A stretch of 64,000 nt of DNA, taken from positions 480,001-544,000 of the forward strand of contig CAXWPJ010000012.1 of assembly GCA_963664115.2 (NCBI GenBank), read 5' to 3'. Each line of letters begins with the position of its first letter. Position 1 is the first letter of the stretch. Position numbers and translations under genes: made by a program. Source of the stretch: Terriglobia bacterium. GTDB taxonomy: Bacteria; Acidobacteriota; Terriglobia; 20CM-2-55-15. The notes under the pieces were generated by a model that was not told the origin of the DNA, did not search any database, and was given only the letters and a program-made list of their open reading frames with translations. This document shows, piece after piece, positions 50,830 to 63,273 of the stretch.

Positions 50830-50985
50830 CACACCCTTCGCTGCGGCAAGAAACGTGTCCTTTTGCGTGATGAATTGGCCGGCGAACGTACCATCCCAAA
50901 ATATATAGACCTCAATATTGATACTGCTACCGGCCTGTCGCATCGCCTTGAGTTCGGCGGGATAAAACGTTCCACCGTCGGTGAG
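50830..50985 (-). pseudogene. Fragment of a cardiolipin synthase/PLD-like gene
   Basis: RQAGSSINIEVYIFWDG..A..F....LAAAKG. Confidence 0.45.
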
Positions 50986-51619
50986 TGTAGCCCGTCATGC
51001 GTCGGGTAATGGCACGGCTCACAGTGGCGCGGAAAATTGCCCCGATTCGTTAGTCATGTGGAAGAAACGAGACCCGTTTAGTCCGAAGACACTGAACTGG
51101 GTGGCATAGCCGTTTCGAGACTTCTGCCGGCAGCGCGATGACTTCGACAGCTCGTCGTTGGTGCGTTTCGGATCAATACTTTCAAGGGTGAGGATCCGAT
51201 AAGCGGTTGGCACACGGCTTTGGCCGAAGGCCCATCAAATACTTTACCCCCCCTCGCACGACCTGGAAAAGCGATAGCCCTCGAGGCTCAGATAGAACCG
51301 TGGTCGGCAACACACGACCCCATTGCGCTTTTCAGTTTCTCTAAACTCAACTACGTGGTGACCGTGGATCGAATTCTCTGCGACGCAGGATCAACAGTTA
51401 GTTTCAACGGAGACAGGGGCTCGCTGCCACACAGTATGTCGGCACTGGCGGCTCGTTCGGCGGAGAGCTGTTTTTCTTGACAACCCCTTCCATAGAACCG
51501 CTGATCCGCGATTCCAGCGTTGGACAATGTTGGTGATTTGGGAAAAAAGGCCTGCTTCGCAAGGAGCAGGCCTTTATTGCCTTCATCTATAAACTACTGC
51601 GTACGGTATCACTCGCTTA

Positions 51620-52800
51620 TCAGTGAAAGTTACCACTCGCCAGATTGAACACATGTTTAAAGGGACCCATGTCAATATCGAACGTGCTGACAAACGATCC
51701 GGTGCCGTCGCCAAACATCACTCGGACATTGTGGTGTCGGATGGACAAGTCAAAATTACTGAAAGCAAGATCCTTGATGCCATCTTCATTCCAATCGACC
51801 ACGACAACTTCGTTAGGCGCTGTGCTAAGCGGTATAAAATCAGCCGGGTAGTCGGTGGCAACAAAGTTGCCCACGCCATCGTTGAGATGAACCACAACAA
51901 ACGAAATACTGATTCCGTCATGGCTGACAGTCACGAGGTCCGCGTCGCCATCCCCGTCCAGGTCACTTGCGAGTTGCAAGAACTCACTCCGGGTGCCATT
52001 CGGAGTTGCAAGAACTCACTCCGGGTGCCAACGAGTGTGGGCGGTGTGAACGTGCCGTCTCCATTGCCCCAGAACAGACGGAGACTGCTGAAGCCTAGGG
52101 AGCCACTGGCAATATCAAGATTACCATCGCCGTTAAAGTCACCGACCTGAGCGCCGTTCGTACCAATGCCAATGTTAGTTGGACCTCCGAATGTACCTGA
52201 ATTTACGCCCAAATTTTCGAAATAGCGTAACTCGTTGCAGCAGCCTACACCCGCGTGTGCCGCAAGGTCCACGTCGCCATCATTGTCGAAATCACCCGAC
52301 GTGATGTCGCGCGACCCACCGACGTTGACATGTTGCTGAGACAAGGCGCCACCGGCCCCATCACCCAGTACAACTGTCAGATGGTGTGCGCGTGTGACTG
52401 CATAATCCACATTGCCGTCTCCGTTGAAATCGTCCACGGTCATGTCCCAGGCCCAGGAATTGGGAATTTCATTACACTCTCGATTCAATACACCTCCACC
52501 GGAGAGGTCAATGAAGAGATCTATGAAAGGTAGACCGGTAAAGATACCTGTCCCGTCATTGATGAAAGCCCTGATCTGTAGGTCGATTAAAGCTGAAGCA
52601 GGTCCGATTATCGCCCGCAAACATGACAACATAATCGTCTATGCCATCTTTGTTAACGTCCACCACCCGGGTTTCCGCTGCGAAAAAATCCCCTGAGAAG
52701 GCCTGGGGAATGTTGCTGAAAACACCGCCAGACCCATCACCCAGAATGACACTCAAATCGTCAGCGCCCAGGTAATGGAAACCCCTGCCGGGACTCGCTA
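51620..52800 (-). pseudogene. FG-GAP/VCBS repeat protein, fragmented
   Basis: Several DFNGDG.(V/L)D motifs spread across three frames; 28-bp duplication at ~51971/52003. Confidence 0.8.
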
Positions 52801-52948
52801 CCAGGTCAGTCCCCACGACCTCACCAGAACCCGCACAGTGCGGATTCTTTTCCGGCGCCTTACCCTGGGAGACTTCGCAGGCCGGCACGGAGTGTTCATG
52901 ACCCTTCGCTTTACCCTTCCCGTTTCCCTGTGCAAATGCCGTAGTAAC

Positions 52949-53545
52949 TGTAGCCCGTCAGAGCATTTCGTACGAAATACCCTAAAAAACTAAGAGACAC
53001 TTTTCTAATCAGAACGATCTGAAGGAGGATCGAATGAAAGAGAAAGTGTCGGCAGAGAATCGGGTACGAGAGATTCGTCGAAAGACGCGCAAGAAGTACT
53101 CGTCTGAGGAGAAAGTGCGGATCGTGTTGGAAGGGTTGCGAGGCGAAGAGAGCATCGCAGAACCGTGCCGACGCGAAGGGATTCTGTCAAATCTGTATTA
53201 CCGGTGGAGCAAGGACTTCCTGGAGGCCGGAAAGAAACGACTGGCCGGGGACACGAAGCGGGAAGCCACGTCGAGTGAAGTCACCGAATTGCGCCAGGAG
53301 AACGACCAGTTGAAGCAGGTGGTGGCCGAAATACTGCTGAAGAATCGTTTTCTAAAAAAAACGCTGAACGTAGTGGACTCCGAGAGCATCGATATATGAG
53401 GCAATCGGGATCTGAGAAGCTGGAGACGATCCGGCTGGTCGAAGACTCGGAGTTGTCGGTGACAGCGACCCTCCGGGAGCTGGGCGTCCCCCGCAGCACG
53501 TTCTACGGTTGGTATCGACGATACAAAGAGCGTGGCGCAGCCGGC
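52949..53545 (+). mobile_element. IS3-family element, partial copy A
   Basis: Left IR tgtagcccgtcagagcatttcg, orfA and the start of orfB; truncated exactly at the next copy. Confidence 0.9.
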
Positions 53546-55035
53546 TGTAGCCCGTCAGAGCATTTCGTACGAAATACCCTAAAAAACTAAGAGACACTTT
53601 TCTAATCAGAACGATCTGAAGGAGGATCGAATGAGTGAGAAAGTGTCGGCAGAGAATCGGGTACGAGAGATTCGTCGAAAGACGCGCAAGAAGTACTCGT
53701 CTGAGGAGAAAGTGCGGATCGTGTTGGAAGGGTTGCGAGGCGAAGAGAGCATCGCAGAACTGTGCCGACGCGAAGGGATTCCGTCAAATCTGTATTACCG
53801 GTGGAGCAAGGACTTCCTGGAGGCGGGGAAGAAACGGCTGGCTGGGGACACGAAGCGGGAAGCGACATCGAGCGAAGTCACCGAGTTGCGGCAGGAAAAC
53901 GATCAGTTGAAGCAGGTCGTGGCCGAAATACTGCTAAAGAATCGTTTTCTGAAAAAAACGTTGAACGTAACGGACTCCGAGAGCATCGATATATGAGGCA
54001 ATCGGGATCTGAGAAGCTGGAGACGATCCGAGTGGTGGAAGACTCGGAGTTGTCGGTGACAGCGACCCTCCGGGAGCTGGGCGTCCCCCGCAGCACGTTC
54101 TACGGTTGGTATCGACGATACAAAGAGCGTGGCGCAGCCGGCTTGTTAGATCGGCATTCCGGCCCCGGCTTCTGCTGGAACCGGATTCCGGGACCGGTGC
54201 GGGAACAGGTGGTCGAAACCGCGTTGAACCACCCGGAAGCCTCACCGCGGGAACTGGCCTGGCAGATCACCGACACCCAGGACTACTTCATCTCCGAATC
54301 CAGCGTGTATCGGATTCTGAAGAGATGCGACCTGATCACCAGTCCCGCATACATCGTGATGACGGCCAGCGATCACTTCCAGCAGCCAACCCGGCGTGTG
54401 AACGAACTCTGGCAAACTGATTTCACTTACTTCAGGGTCGTCGGTTGGGGTTGGTACTACCTGTCGACCGTGCTGGACGATTACTCTCGCTACATCATCG
54501 CCTGGAAGCTCTTTCAAACCATGGCCGCATCTGACGTTCAGGACACGCTGGACGTTGCACTACAGGCGACAGATGTCGGACAAGTACAAGTCCGGCACCG
54601 ACCGCGATTGTTGAGCGACAACGGCCCCTGCTACGTATCGCACGAACTCAAAGACTATTTACAACGTCGTGGTATGGAACACACCCGGGGTGCGCCCTAT
54701 CACCCGATGACACAGGGCAAGATCGAACGCTATCACCGTTCGATGAAGAACGTGGTCAAGTTGGAACACTACTATTATCCGTGGGAACTTGAGCAGGCGA
54801 TCGCGCAATGGGTCGAACACTACAACCACCATCGGTATCACGAATCTCTGAACAACGTGACACCGGCTGACGTGTTCTTCGGGAGGGATCAGCAGATCCT
54901 TGCACGTCGTGACCAGATCAAAAGAAAAACGCTGGCTCGACGCAAAATCGAGAACCTTAGGATTGGAGTGGTATAACTTCAAAACCGTCTCTTAGCTAAA
55001 TGGTCTTTTTGTCCGAATTATTCTGACGACGTACA
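53546..55035 (+). mobile_element. IS3-family element, full copy B (1490 bp; orfA 53631-53996, orfB to 54976)
   Basis: TG...CA imperfect IRs; WQTDFT, LSDNG, QGKIER DDE motifs; A7 run near the orfA end. Confidence 0.95.
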
Positions 55036-55631
55036 TAGAGTTTGCAGTTGCGAATCAGTTTTTGCTTATTGCCAACAAATTCGATCAAAACGTTTACGAG
55101 TTAATCTCAATGGCGAACTCCAACTATCCGCGTGGGACGATCGCGTCCCCCGGTCTTACGGCCGGTACGTGCTTGCGGAAGGACTTCGGAATGATCAACG
55201 AGCTCGTGCCAACGCCGGATCTGATGCTGTCCGCCTGGAAAGTCAACGAATACATTCCCTATCATATAGTCGAGACCGCCTTGAACAAGACTGAACTGTA
55301 TGGGAAACAAATCGCCGTGCTCGGCTATACGTACAAGAAGAATTCCGACGATACAAGGGACAGTCTCGTGCCGAAACTAATCCGATACATCGAACGCCAG
55401 ACACCTAGTAACATTACGGTCTGCGAGCCCCACATAAAGTCTGATGCGATCGGCGAATATCTCAACGTCGATATGCCTAAGTGTCTCGAGTCCGCCGAAG
55501 TGATCTTCATCGCCGTCAATCACGACTGTTTCAGTGACCCCGCCGCTTTTCGCGGGATGGCACAGCCGGGAGCATGGGTGATCGATGTCTGGAATTGCCT
55601 TGGAACCGGGCATATAGTTCAACGAATTTGA
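55036..55631 (+). pseudogene. Nucleotide-sugar dehydrogenase, C-terminal part (5' end lost at IS3)
   Basis: PG..AGTCL.KD; IAVLGYTYKKNSDDTRDS. Confidence 0.85.
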
Positions 55632-55634
55632 CCA

Positions 55635-56624
55635 ATGACGACGATGCGCAAAGCGGTTGTGACTGGCGGGGGAGGGTTTATTGGTCGTTCTCTCGTACGG
55701 GTTCTAGCCTCCCGATTCCACGAGGTTGTTGCTCTCGACAACAACCAGCGAGGATCACTTGATTCCGTAGACGACGCTGGGGGGAAGGTATCCCGCGTCG
55801 AGTGCGACGTTTTGAACCTGAGTGATGTGACGGATCTGTTGCGAGACGTAGACCATGTTTATCACCTAGCGAGCGTGAACGGCACGGAAAATTTCTACAA
55901 AGATCCTGCGCGCGTGCTTGAGGTAGCCATTCTTGGCACACACAACGTGCTGAGGGCATGCATTGAGAACGCCGTAGGTTCGATATGCATAACTTCAACG
56001 TCGGATGAGGGCGAGGTCTACAATTTTCCATCCGTGATTCCGACACCGGAAACCGTTGAGTGTCGAATACCGGATATGTCCAATCCTCGTTTCTCGTATG
56101 CAGGGGGTAAAATCGCTGCTGAACTAATGACGATTAACTATCTCCGGGACACTGGCATCAAATACACGATCGTCAGACCACACAACGTGTACGGCCCCAA
56201 CATGGGATTCGAACATGTAATTCCAAACATCGTTCAAAAACTCTTTCTCGCGAAACGCAACAATGGGTCGGGGCCGTTGCGAATCGACATTCAGGGCTCA
56301 GGGAAGGAAACCCGCGCGTTTATCTTCGTTGATGATGCCGTCCGTGCCATCGCACTCTGTTCACTGCCCGAACATCCGACCGGCATCTATCACATCGGAA
56401 CGGAAAACGAGATTTCCGTCGTCGAACTTGTCCAGCAGATAGGTATTGCGCTCGGAGTCGACGTCGATGTCAGAGGCGGTATGCTTACAGAAGGCAGTCC
56501 GTTACGGCGCTGTCCGGACACGCAAAAGTTACGCTCCTTGGGTTTTGAGCCCGCAACCTCAATGCTGGAAGGACTAAGGCAAACGGTCACTTGGTACTGG
56601 CGCTACTACTCGTCAGGGCATTGA
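55635..56624 (+). CDS. NAD-dependent epimerase/dehydratase
   Basis: TGGGGFIG; YAGGK; RPHNVYGP. Confidence 0.92.
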   Translation: MTTMRKAVVTGGGGFIGRSLVRVLASRFHEVVALDNNQRGSLDSVDDAGGKVSRVECDVLNLSDVTDLLRDVDHVYHLASVNGTENFYKDPARVLEVAILGTHNVLRACIENAVGSICITSTSDEGEVYNFPSVIPTPETVECRIPDMSNPRFSYAGGKIAAELMTINYLRDTGIKYTIVRPHNVYGPNMGFEHVIPNIVQKLFLAKRNNGSGPLRIDIQGSGKETRAFIFVDDAVRAIALCSLPEHPTGIYHIGTENEISVVELVQQIGIALGVDVDVRGGMLTEGSPLRRCPDTQKLRSLGFEPATSMLEGLRQTVTWYWRYYSSGH

Positions 56625-56922
56625 CAGTCACGCGACCGAAAATCGCAATTCATCACACACGTGAATGCTCACCATTGCTGACCGCCGACAGGAAAGAAAG
56701 CCTTCCTTGCAAGCCATGTGCTCTGACGGGATACAGTTCTCTTCTCATCTTTCGGCAGCTATAGGGAATACCTCGCAGGCCGTCGCACTATCGGAAAGGG
56801 CAGAAGGAGCGTCTGCTTGCCGGTCCATGCAGGGGATTTCTCGTGCCGCAGTTGTAGAGAGGCACACGGAGATGTAGAGACGTTCGGCAGGACCAACATT
56901 GGAACGACTCCGAAAATTCGAA

Positions 56923-57969
56923 TCATGGCGAGAGAAACCGGAAGAGATTCGGAAGGTAATAACGACTCTGCTCGAATTCGAGCCGAAGGGCCAACGCATT
57001 TGGATAAAACAGCCGCAGCCAAGCCATGGCACAGCAATTCACAAGAAGTCCAGGTGCTAACGCCACGAGAAGAGCTATGACACGGTTGTATCCACTAATA
57101 GTCTGTGATCTTAAGTGCTGATTATATTCACGAATTGAGTATGCTCCCTTCGCTCGGAATTTGACCAATTCCCGAATACGCCGCCATGGAGCTGGGTCCG
57201 CGACCAATCGTTTTTCAGCATCCGACAAAGTCGTAAGGCTCCAAATTATCCCGGGCCAGTTAAACATCCACATCCTAAAGCCCCGCCCGGTCCAGTGCGC
57301 GTTCCCATAGCGAATGCGAATATAGGGGCGCGCAAATACATATGTCGACGCGGGCAAGATGGATTGGAAAATAACTCCGATATGAACAAATTCAGTTCCG
57401 AAGTATTTTTCTGAGTTTCGAGAACACCAGATATCTCTTCGAATAATCACTCCGCCAATAAACGAAAGATGAGCACCCACAGTCACGAATAGATCCCCGA
57501 ACTCGTCTGGAGTGTAAATGCGGTCAGTAGCTAACTGAATTCGTCTTTCCTCCAATACCTGGTTCAACTCGAGATCGCGCACTTCGGCATTCACCACCAA
57601 TAATGCATAGTCACCCTCCGCGACCGTCAGAATTGAAGAGACCGCCCCATCAAGAACAATGTCATCATCCGTCATTAACCAGCAATATCTTCCGGACGAG
57701 AGCCTGACAACAACATCGTAGTCATGATCGACACCTTGGGGAATTTTTCGATGGTAATGCAAGGCAGGAAATCGCTCTATGAAACCATTCACTATATCCT
57801 CGGTAGTATGATCCTCAGAGCCGTCTAACACAACAATCTCAACCTGCTCATCAGACTGCTGCACAATACTTTCAAGGGTTTCGCTAATGAAACCGGATCG
57901 ATTCATCGTGGCAATACAAATTGAGAGGAGGGGATTTTGTGCTTTTAACTTGGCGTCCACGATTTCCAA
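56923..57969 (-). CDS. Glycosyltransferase family 2
   Basis: LSICIATMNR, EIVVLDGS, WLMTDDD. Confidence 0.9.
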   Translation of the reverse strand: MEIVDAKLKAQNPLLSICIATMNRSGFISETLESIVQQSDEQVEIVVLDGSEDHTTEDIVNGFIERFPALHYHRKIPQGVDHDYDVVVRLSSGRYCWLMTDDDIVLDGAVSSILTVAEGDYALLVVNAEVRDLELNQVLEERRIQLATDRIYTPDEFGDLFVTVGAHLSFIGGVIIRRDIWCSRNSEKYFGTEFVHIGVIFQSILPASTYVFARPYIRIRYGNAHWTGRGFRMWMFNWPGIIWSLTTLSDAEKRLVADPAPWRRIRELVKFRAKGAYSIREYNQHLRSQTISGYNRVIALLVALAPGLLVNCCAMAWLRLFYPNALALRLEFEQSRYYLPNLFRFLSP

Positions 57970-57979
57970 CGCATCTCGG

Positions 57980-58918
57980 TCAGTTCGAGATCTTTCGAGA
58001 TATAAGGATCCGAGCCCGACCCTTTAGCAATCCGCTGCGAACCAAGATCTTGTCCAGGTTGATTAGGCTCCAGGCCAGGCGATAACGGAACCAACTGGGC
58101 CCCGAAATTTTGAGGGCAGGAGCGAGGGAAAACGCGCCAAACGGAAAGTCTTCAATCAAATCATACTGTTCGCGCCAGACGTTCTCAATATCTTCAACGG
58201 TCGAGTACTTCGCCTGTTCCATTGGAGAAAATACTTCCGGAACATCGACAGTGGTCCCTGACAGACGTCGCATCACTGCTCTCACTTTATCAACATAGCT
58301 TCGATCAGCCGTCGGAAGCAGTAAGCCGAACAGCCGTCCCAGGTACATCTCTACCGGGTCCACCTCGTAGTCGTCCAAAGTCGCAATTACCCCACTGGGT
58401 CTCAAAGCGCGCCTAACTTTAGACATGAATCCGAAAAAATCGGGCAAGTGGTGAAAGGCGGACCATCCGGACACCGCATCGTATGTGTCTTCTCCCAAAT
58501 CGACTGTCGAGACGTCCTTCAGGTGATAGGTAACACTCCCAAATCCATCTGTGTACGGGTTCTCCTTCAGCATCCTCTCCGCAATATCAATCGCAAGAGG
58601 AGAAAGATCATATGCATCCACATGCTGACCTCGGCGGCCCAACTCCAACGCTAGCCATCCTGGCCCACAACCGATGTCTAGCACGCGTCCACCCGGTTTG
58701 TGGGCAACCAGTTCAAGGTAACGATCACGATAATACTTCTGCTGCATATCAAATATCGCAGGATCTATCGGCTCAAAGCCTGGACGCCCAACAACACGGG
58801 TCGCCCTTCTTATATCTGCCGACATTGGGATTGCGTTGTTCAGAGATCGACGACGTGCCGATTCGTTGAAGAACTCTGCTTCAGCCTGTTGAAGCTGATC
58901 GATATTTGATTCGTTCAT
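57980..58918 (-). CDS. Class I SAM-dependent methyltransferase
   Basis: VLDIGCGPG; FHHLPD; LRPSG. Confidence 0.9.
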   Translation of the reverse strand: MNESNIDQLQQAEAEFFNESARRRSLNNAIPMSADIRRATRVVGRPGFEPIDPAIFDMQQKYYRDRYLELVAHKPGGRVLDIGCGPGWLALELGRRGQHVDAYDLSPLAIDIAERMLKENPYTDGFGSVTYHLKDVSTVDLGEDTYDAVSGWSAFHHLPDFFGFMSKVRRALRPSGVIATLDDYEVDPVEMYLGRLFGLLLPTADRSYVDKVRAVMRRLSGTTVDVPEVFSPMEQAKYSTVEDIENVWREQYDLIEDFPFGAFSLAPALKISGPSWFRYRLAWSLINLDKILVRSGLLKGRARILISRKISN

Positions 58919-58939
58919 CTACCTCGAGCCAAGGTTGTC

Positions 58940-59483
58940 CTATTGATCTGGTCACGACGCGAAATGACCCGCTGATTCCTCCCGAAGAACATGTCGTCCG
59001 GTGTCACGTTATTGAGAGATTCGTGATACTGATGGCGGTTGTAGTGTTCGAGCCATTGCTCGATCGCCTGATTGAGTTCCCACGGATAGTAATAGTGTTC
59101 CAGTTAGACCATGTTCTTCATCGAACAGTAGTAGCGTTCGATCTTGGCCTAGGTCATCGGGTTGTAGGGCGCACCCCGAGTGTGTTCCAACCCGCGACGT
59201 TGTCATAGCCTTTGAACTCGTACGACACGTAACAGGGCCCATTGTCGTTCAACAGTCGCGGTCGGCGGCGGACCTGTACCTTGGCCTCGACAGAGCTCTG
59301 CGATGCTCTCTTCGCCCCTCAGTCCTTCCAACACGATCCGCACTTTCTCTTCCGACGAATCTCCCGTACCCGATTTTCTGCCGACACTTTCTCCTCCATT
59401 CGACCTCCTTCAGATCGTTCCGATTAGAAAAGTGTCTCTTAGTTTTCTTGAGAATTCTGTCCGAAATGCTCTGACGGGCTACA
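58940..59483 (-). mobile_element. Degenerate, internally deleted IS3-family copy C (inverted)
   Basis: Left IR reverse complement ctctgacgggctaca at the right end; decayed orfA and orfB pieces. Confidence 0.8.
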
Positions 59484-59543
59484 CCTAGTTCAGTCAGCTC
59501 CGGATATAAGATCAGTTTGAAACCGCCTGCTCGCACATGCTGA

Positions 59544-61334
59544 TCAAAGCGGCTTATTGTTCATTTTTTTAGATCCCGCTTTTGCATATTCGTATTCGTT
59601 CATCACTTGATCGGGAGTATCAATCATCCTAAGCCTTCCTTTTTCTATCCAGACCAAAAAGTCGCATTCCATGATGGTGCTCACACGGTGAGCGATGATT
59701 ATCAATGTATGCGTACCTTTGAGACTATAGATCGTGTCTTGAATCGCCCTCTCACTCTTCGAGTCCAGAGAACTGGTAGCTTCATCATCAAAAATTATTA
59801 CGTCTGGCATTGTGTAGAGCGCCCGGGCGATGGCGACACGCTGCTTTTCTCCACCTGAAAGCCGCGCACCACGCTCTCCGATTTCCGTATCGATTCCCCT
59901 CGGCAAACTGTCCACCAACTCCTTCATGTAAGCCATCCGACAGCACTCTCGGACGAGTTCTCGATCTATATCTGTTTCTTCAACACCAAACGCGACATTC
60001 CCGGCTAAAGTTCCATCGAATATATAAGGAGATTGCGGCACATATCCTACAGTCGACATCCACGCATTCCGTGATTCCCTGTCGAGTACGCGGTCATCGA
60101 TCGCGATGTCCCCATTACGAGGGGGCAAGAGCCCAATTAAAATATCAACGATCGTGCTCTTGCCCGCGCCCGAACTACCCACGATACCCACGGTTTGGCC
60201 CTTCTCGATGCGAAAACTCATGTCCCGTATCGCGTGCGTCGCTTTATTGCTGCTATAGGAAAACGAAATATTGTTCACATTGATTTCTCTGTGAAATTCA
60301 AGTCTCCCAGGTCGCTCCAAACCCCTGTCGGACTTGACGTCAGACATTGTCTCGATCTCTCTTAAGTACCGAATCTCATTTTTCGTATAGGGCAGTATGC
60401 TTCTAATCGAGGTAAGGCTCCCAAGTATCCTGTTCATAGCTGGGAGAACCCGCCATGCGGCGACCGCCAACAAAGTCGCGATACCAGTGACCTGTTCCGT
60501 CGAGAAATCCAAGAGAACAAGCATCAAACAAACTGTGCCTGAGAGCAGGAGAAAGCCTACCGTCTCGAGGAGTCCGACTGGCAAGACGAGATAAAAATTC
60601 TGCAATCCCCGAAATTGAGCCAGCGGATATGCGTCTTTTCTGAAATAGCTCAAGAACGTTGGGATGCGACCAGACACTTTCAGGTCCTTAATCCCATGAA
60701 TTCCTTTCGTCACATGTCGGTTGATCGATTGGTCATATTTACGGCACTGGTCCGCAGCATTCTCTTGCAGAACCTGCATACTTGAATAAATAAAGTATGC
60801 AGTACACCCGAGGACGAAAATGAGTCCGATCGAAATAACTGGTTGAGCCACAAGCAATATCAGCAACAAAAATGCCACCATCAAACTATCACTCAATATT
60901 TGGAAACTTGCCTTGATGAGACTACTACCCAAAAAAATACGCCACTCTACGGCGAGAACAATATCCGCACTGTTCTGTGAGAGATGCCATTCATACGGCA
61001 TGTTGAGGAAGCCATTGAAAAGCTTGGCACCCAGCAATTCATCAATCAGGTAGGAAAATCGCGTAATCTGATATCTCACCAGAACCTGACTGGTGTTTTT
61101 TAGAGCAATCAGCAGCACTACCAATATACTCACTGACACAATTAGGTTCTGCGAAGAATCAAGAAAATCAAGCGCCAAAATCCGTCGCGCGTAGAGCACG
61201 TATTGGGACTCCAACACTTCTTCGGGAGACGATACGGTAGAAGCAAAAAAGGCGATCCCGACTGTCGCGACGGTCTCTAAAAAAGCAACAGCCACCACCG
61301 CGGCAAACAGAATCCAGAATTGCTTTCGGCGACG
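59544..61334 (-). pseudogene. ABC transporter ATP-binding/permease (PglK/HlyB-like), 5' end truncated by IS3
   Basis: GSSGAGKS, LSGGEKQR, IIAHR; the reading frame runs into the IS end. Confidence 0.85.
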
Positions 61335-62824
61335 TGTAGCCCGTCAGAGCATTTCGTACGAAATACCCTAAAAAACTAAGAGACACTTTTCTAATCAGAA
61401 CGATCTGAAGGAGGATCGAATGAGTGAGAAAGTGTCGGCAGAGAATCGGGTACGAGAGATTCGTCGAAAGACGCGCAAGAAGTACTCGTCTGAGGAGAAA
61501 GTGCGGATCGTGTTGGAAGGGTTGCGAGGCGAAGAGAGCATCGCAGAACTGTGCCGACGCGAAGGGATTCCGTCAAATCTGTATTACCGGTGGAGCAAGG
61601 ACTTCCTGGAGGCGGGGAAGAAACGGCTGGCTGGGGACACGAAGCGGGAAGCGACATCGAGCGAAGTCACCGAGTTGCGGCAGGAAAACGATCAGTTGAA
61701 GCAGGTCGTGGCCGAAATACTGCTAAAGAATCGTTTTCTGAAAAAAACGTTGAACGTAACGGACTCCGAGAGCATCGATATATGAGGCAATCGGGATCTG
61801 AGAAGCTGGAGACGATCCGAGTGGTGGAAGACTCGGAGTTGTCGGTGACAGCGACCCTCCGGGAGCTGGGCGTCCCCCGCAGCACGTTCTACGGTTGGTA
61901 TCGACGATACAAAGAGCGTGGCGCAGCCGGCTTGTTAGATCGGCATTCCGGCCCCGGCTTCTGCTGGAACCGGATTCCGGGACCGGTGCGGGAACAGGTG
62001 GTCGAAACCGCGTTGAACCACCCGGAAGCCTCACCGCGGGAACTGGCCTGGCAGATCACCGACACCCAGGACTACTTCATCTCCGAATCCAGCGTGTATC
62101 GGATTCTGAAGAGATGCGACCTGATCACCAGTCCCGCATACATCGTGATGACGGCCAGCGATCACTTCCAGCAGCCAACCCGGCGTGTGAACGAACTCTG
62201 GCAAACTGATTTCACTTACTTCAGGGTCGTCGGTTGGGGTTGGTACTACCTGTCGACCGTGCTGGACGATTACTCTCGCTACATCATCGCCTGGAAGCTC
62301 TTTCAAACCATGGCCGCATCTGACGTTCAGGACACGCTGGACGTTGCACTACAGGCGACAGATGTCGGACAAGTACAAGTCCGGCACCGACCGCGATTGT
62401 TGAGCGACAACGGCCCCTGCTACGTATCGCACGAACTCAAAGACTATTTACAACGTCGTGGTATGGAACACACCCGGGGTGCGCCCTATCACCCGATGAC
62501 ACAGGGCAAGATCGAACGCTATCACCGTTCGATGAAGAACGTGGTCAAGTTGGAACACTACTATTATCCGTGGGAACTTGAGCAGGCGATCGCGCAATGG
62601 GTCGAACACTACAACCACCATCGGTATCACGAATCTCTGAACAACGTGACACCGGCTGACGTGTTCTTCGGGAGGGATCAGCAGATCCTTGCACGTCGTG
62701 ACCAGATCAAAAGAAAAACGCTGGCTCGACGCAAAATCGAGAACCTTAGGATTGGAGTGGTATAACTTCAAAACCGTCTCTTAGCTAAATGGTCTTTTTG
62801 TCCGAATTATTCTGACGACGTACA
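61335..62824 (+). mobile_element. IS3-family element, full copy D (orfA 61420-61785, orfB to 62765)
   Basis: Same length and ORF translations as copy B. Confidence 0.95.
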
Positions 62825-62924
62825 GTTGCACGGCAGCTCAACGAGCGGCCACGCAAGACTCTGGAGTTCGCAACTCCGGCAGAAACATTTAATGCTTGTG
62901 TTGCATCGACCGGTTGATCTGAAT
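62825..62924 (+). mobile_element. IS30-family right-end remnant
   Basis: Encodes VARQLNERPRKTLEFATPAETFNACVASTG*; ends tgttgcatcgaccggttgatctgaat, the same end as at 15145. Confidence 0.85.
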
Positions 62925-62943
62925 TGATTTATCAGGACTTGAC
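62925..62943 (+). repeat. Right half of the palindromic site
   Basis: tgatttatcaggacttgac directly after the IS30 end. Confidence 0.85.
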
Positions 62944-63061
62944 CCGTCATCTCTGTCTCCGCCAACTTCCCCGAAGCCGACTTCTGGGTCTCTAATACCG
63001 ACCATTCCTAAACACAAGGCGACTAGGGAGGAGTAATCGGGTGTTCTGCTTCGTGCCCCTC

Positions 63062-63132
63062 GACATAACACCCATGCCGCGACACTGTCTGCGCTCCGAT
63101 CGTCTTCAGACCCTTCTTATTCCGCTTATCCG
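63062..63132 (+). repeat. Partial, diverged repeat B
   Basis: gacataacacccatgccgcgacact...cagacccttcttattccgcttatccg. Confidence 0.75.
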
Positions 63133-63273
63133 CCGTATTTTTTTGATTCTTTTATGATGAAGGATCTTTCCCTTGCATTCGATAAATGCCTTTGATGCAA
63201 CAAAAAGTTCTTTTACCATGCACCTGTTGGAACTGGTGTGATTCTTAAAGGTTTTGTGCACAAATATTAAATA

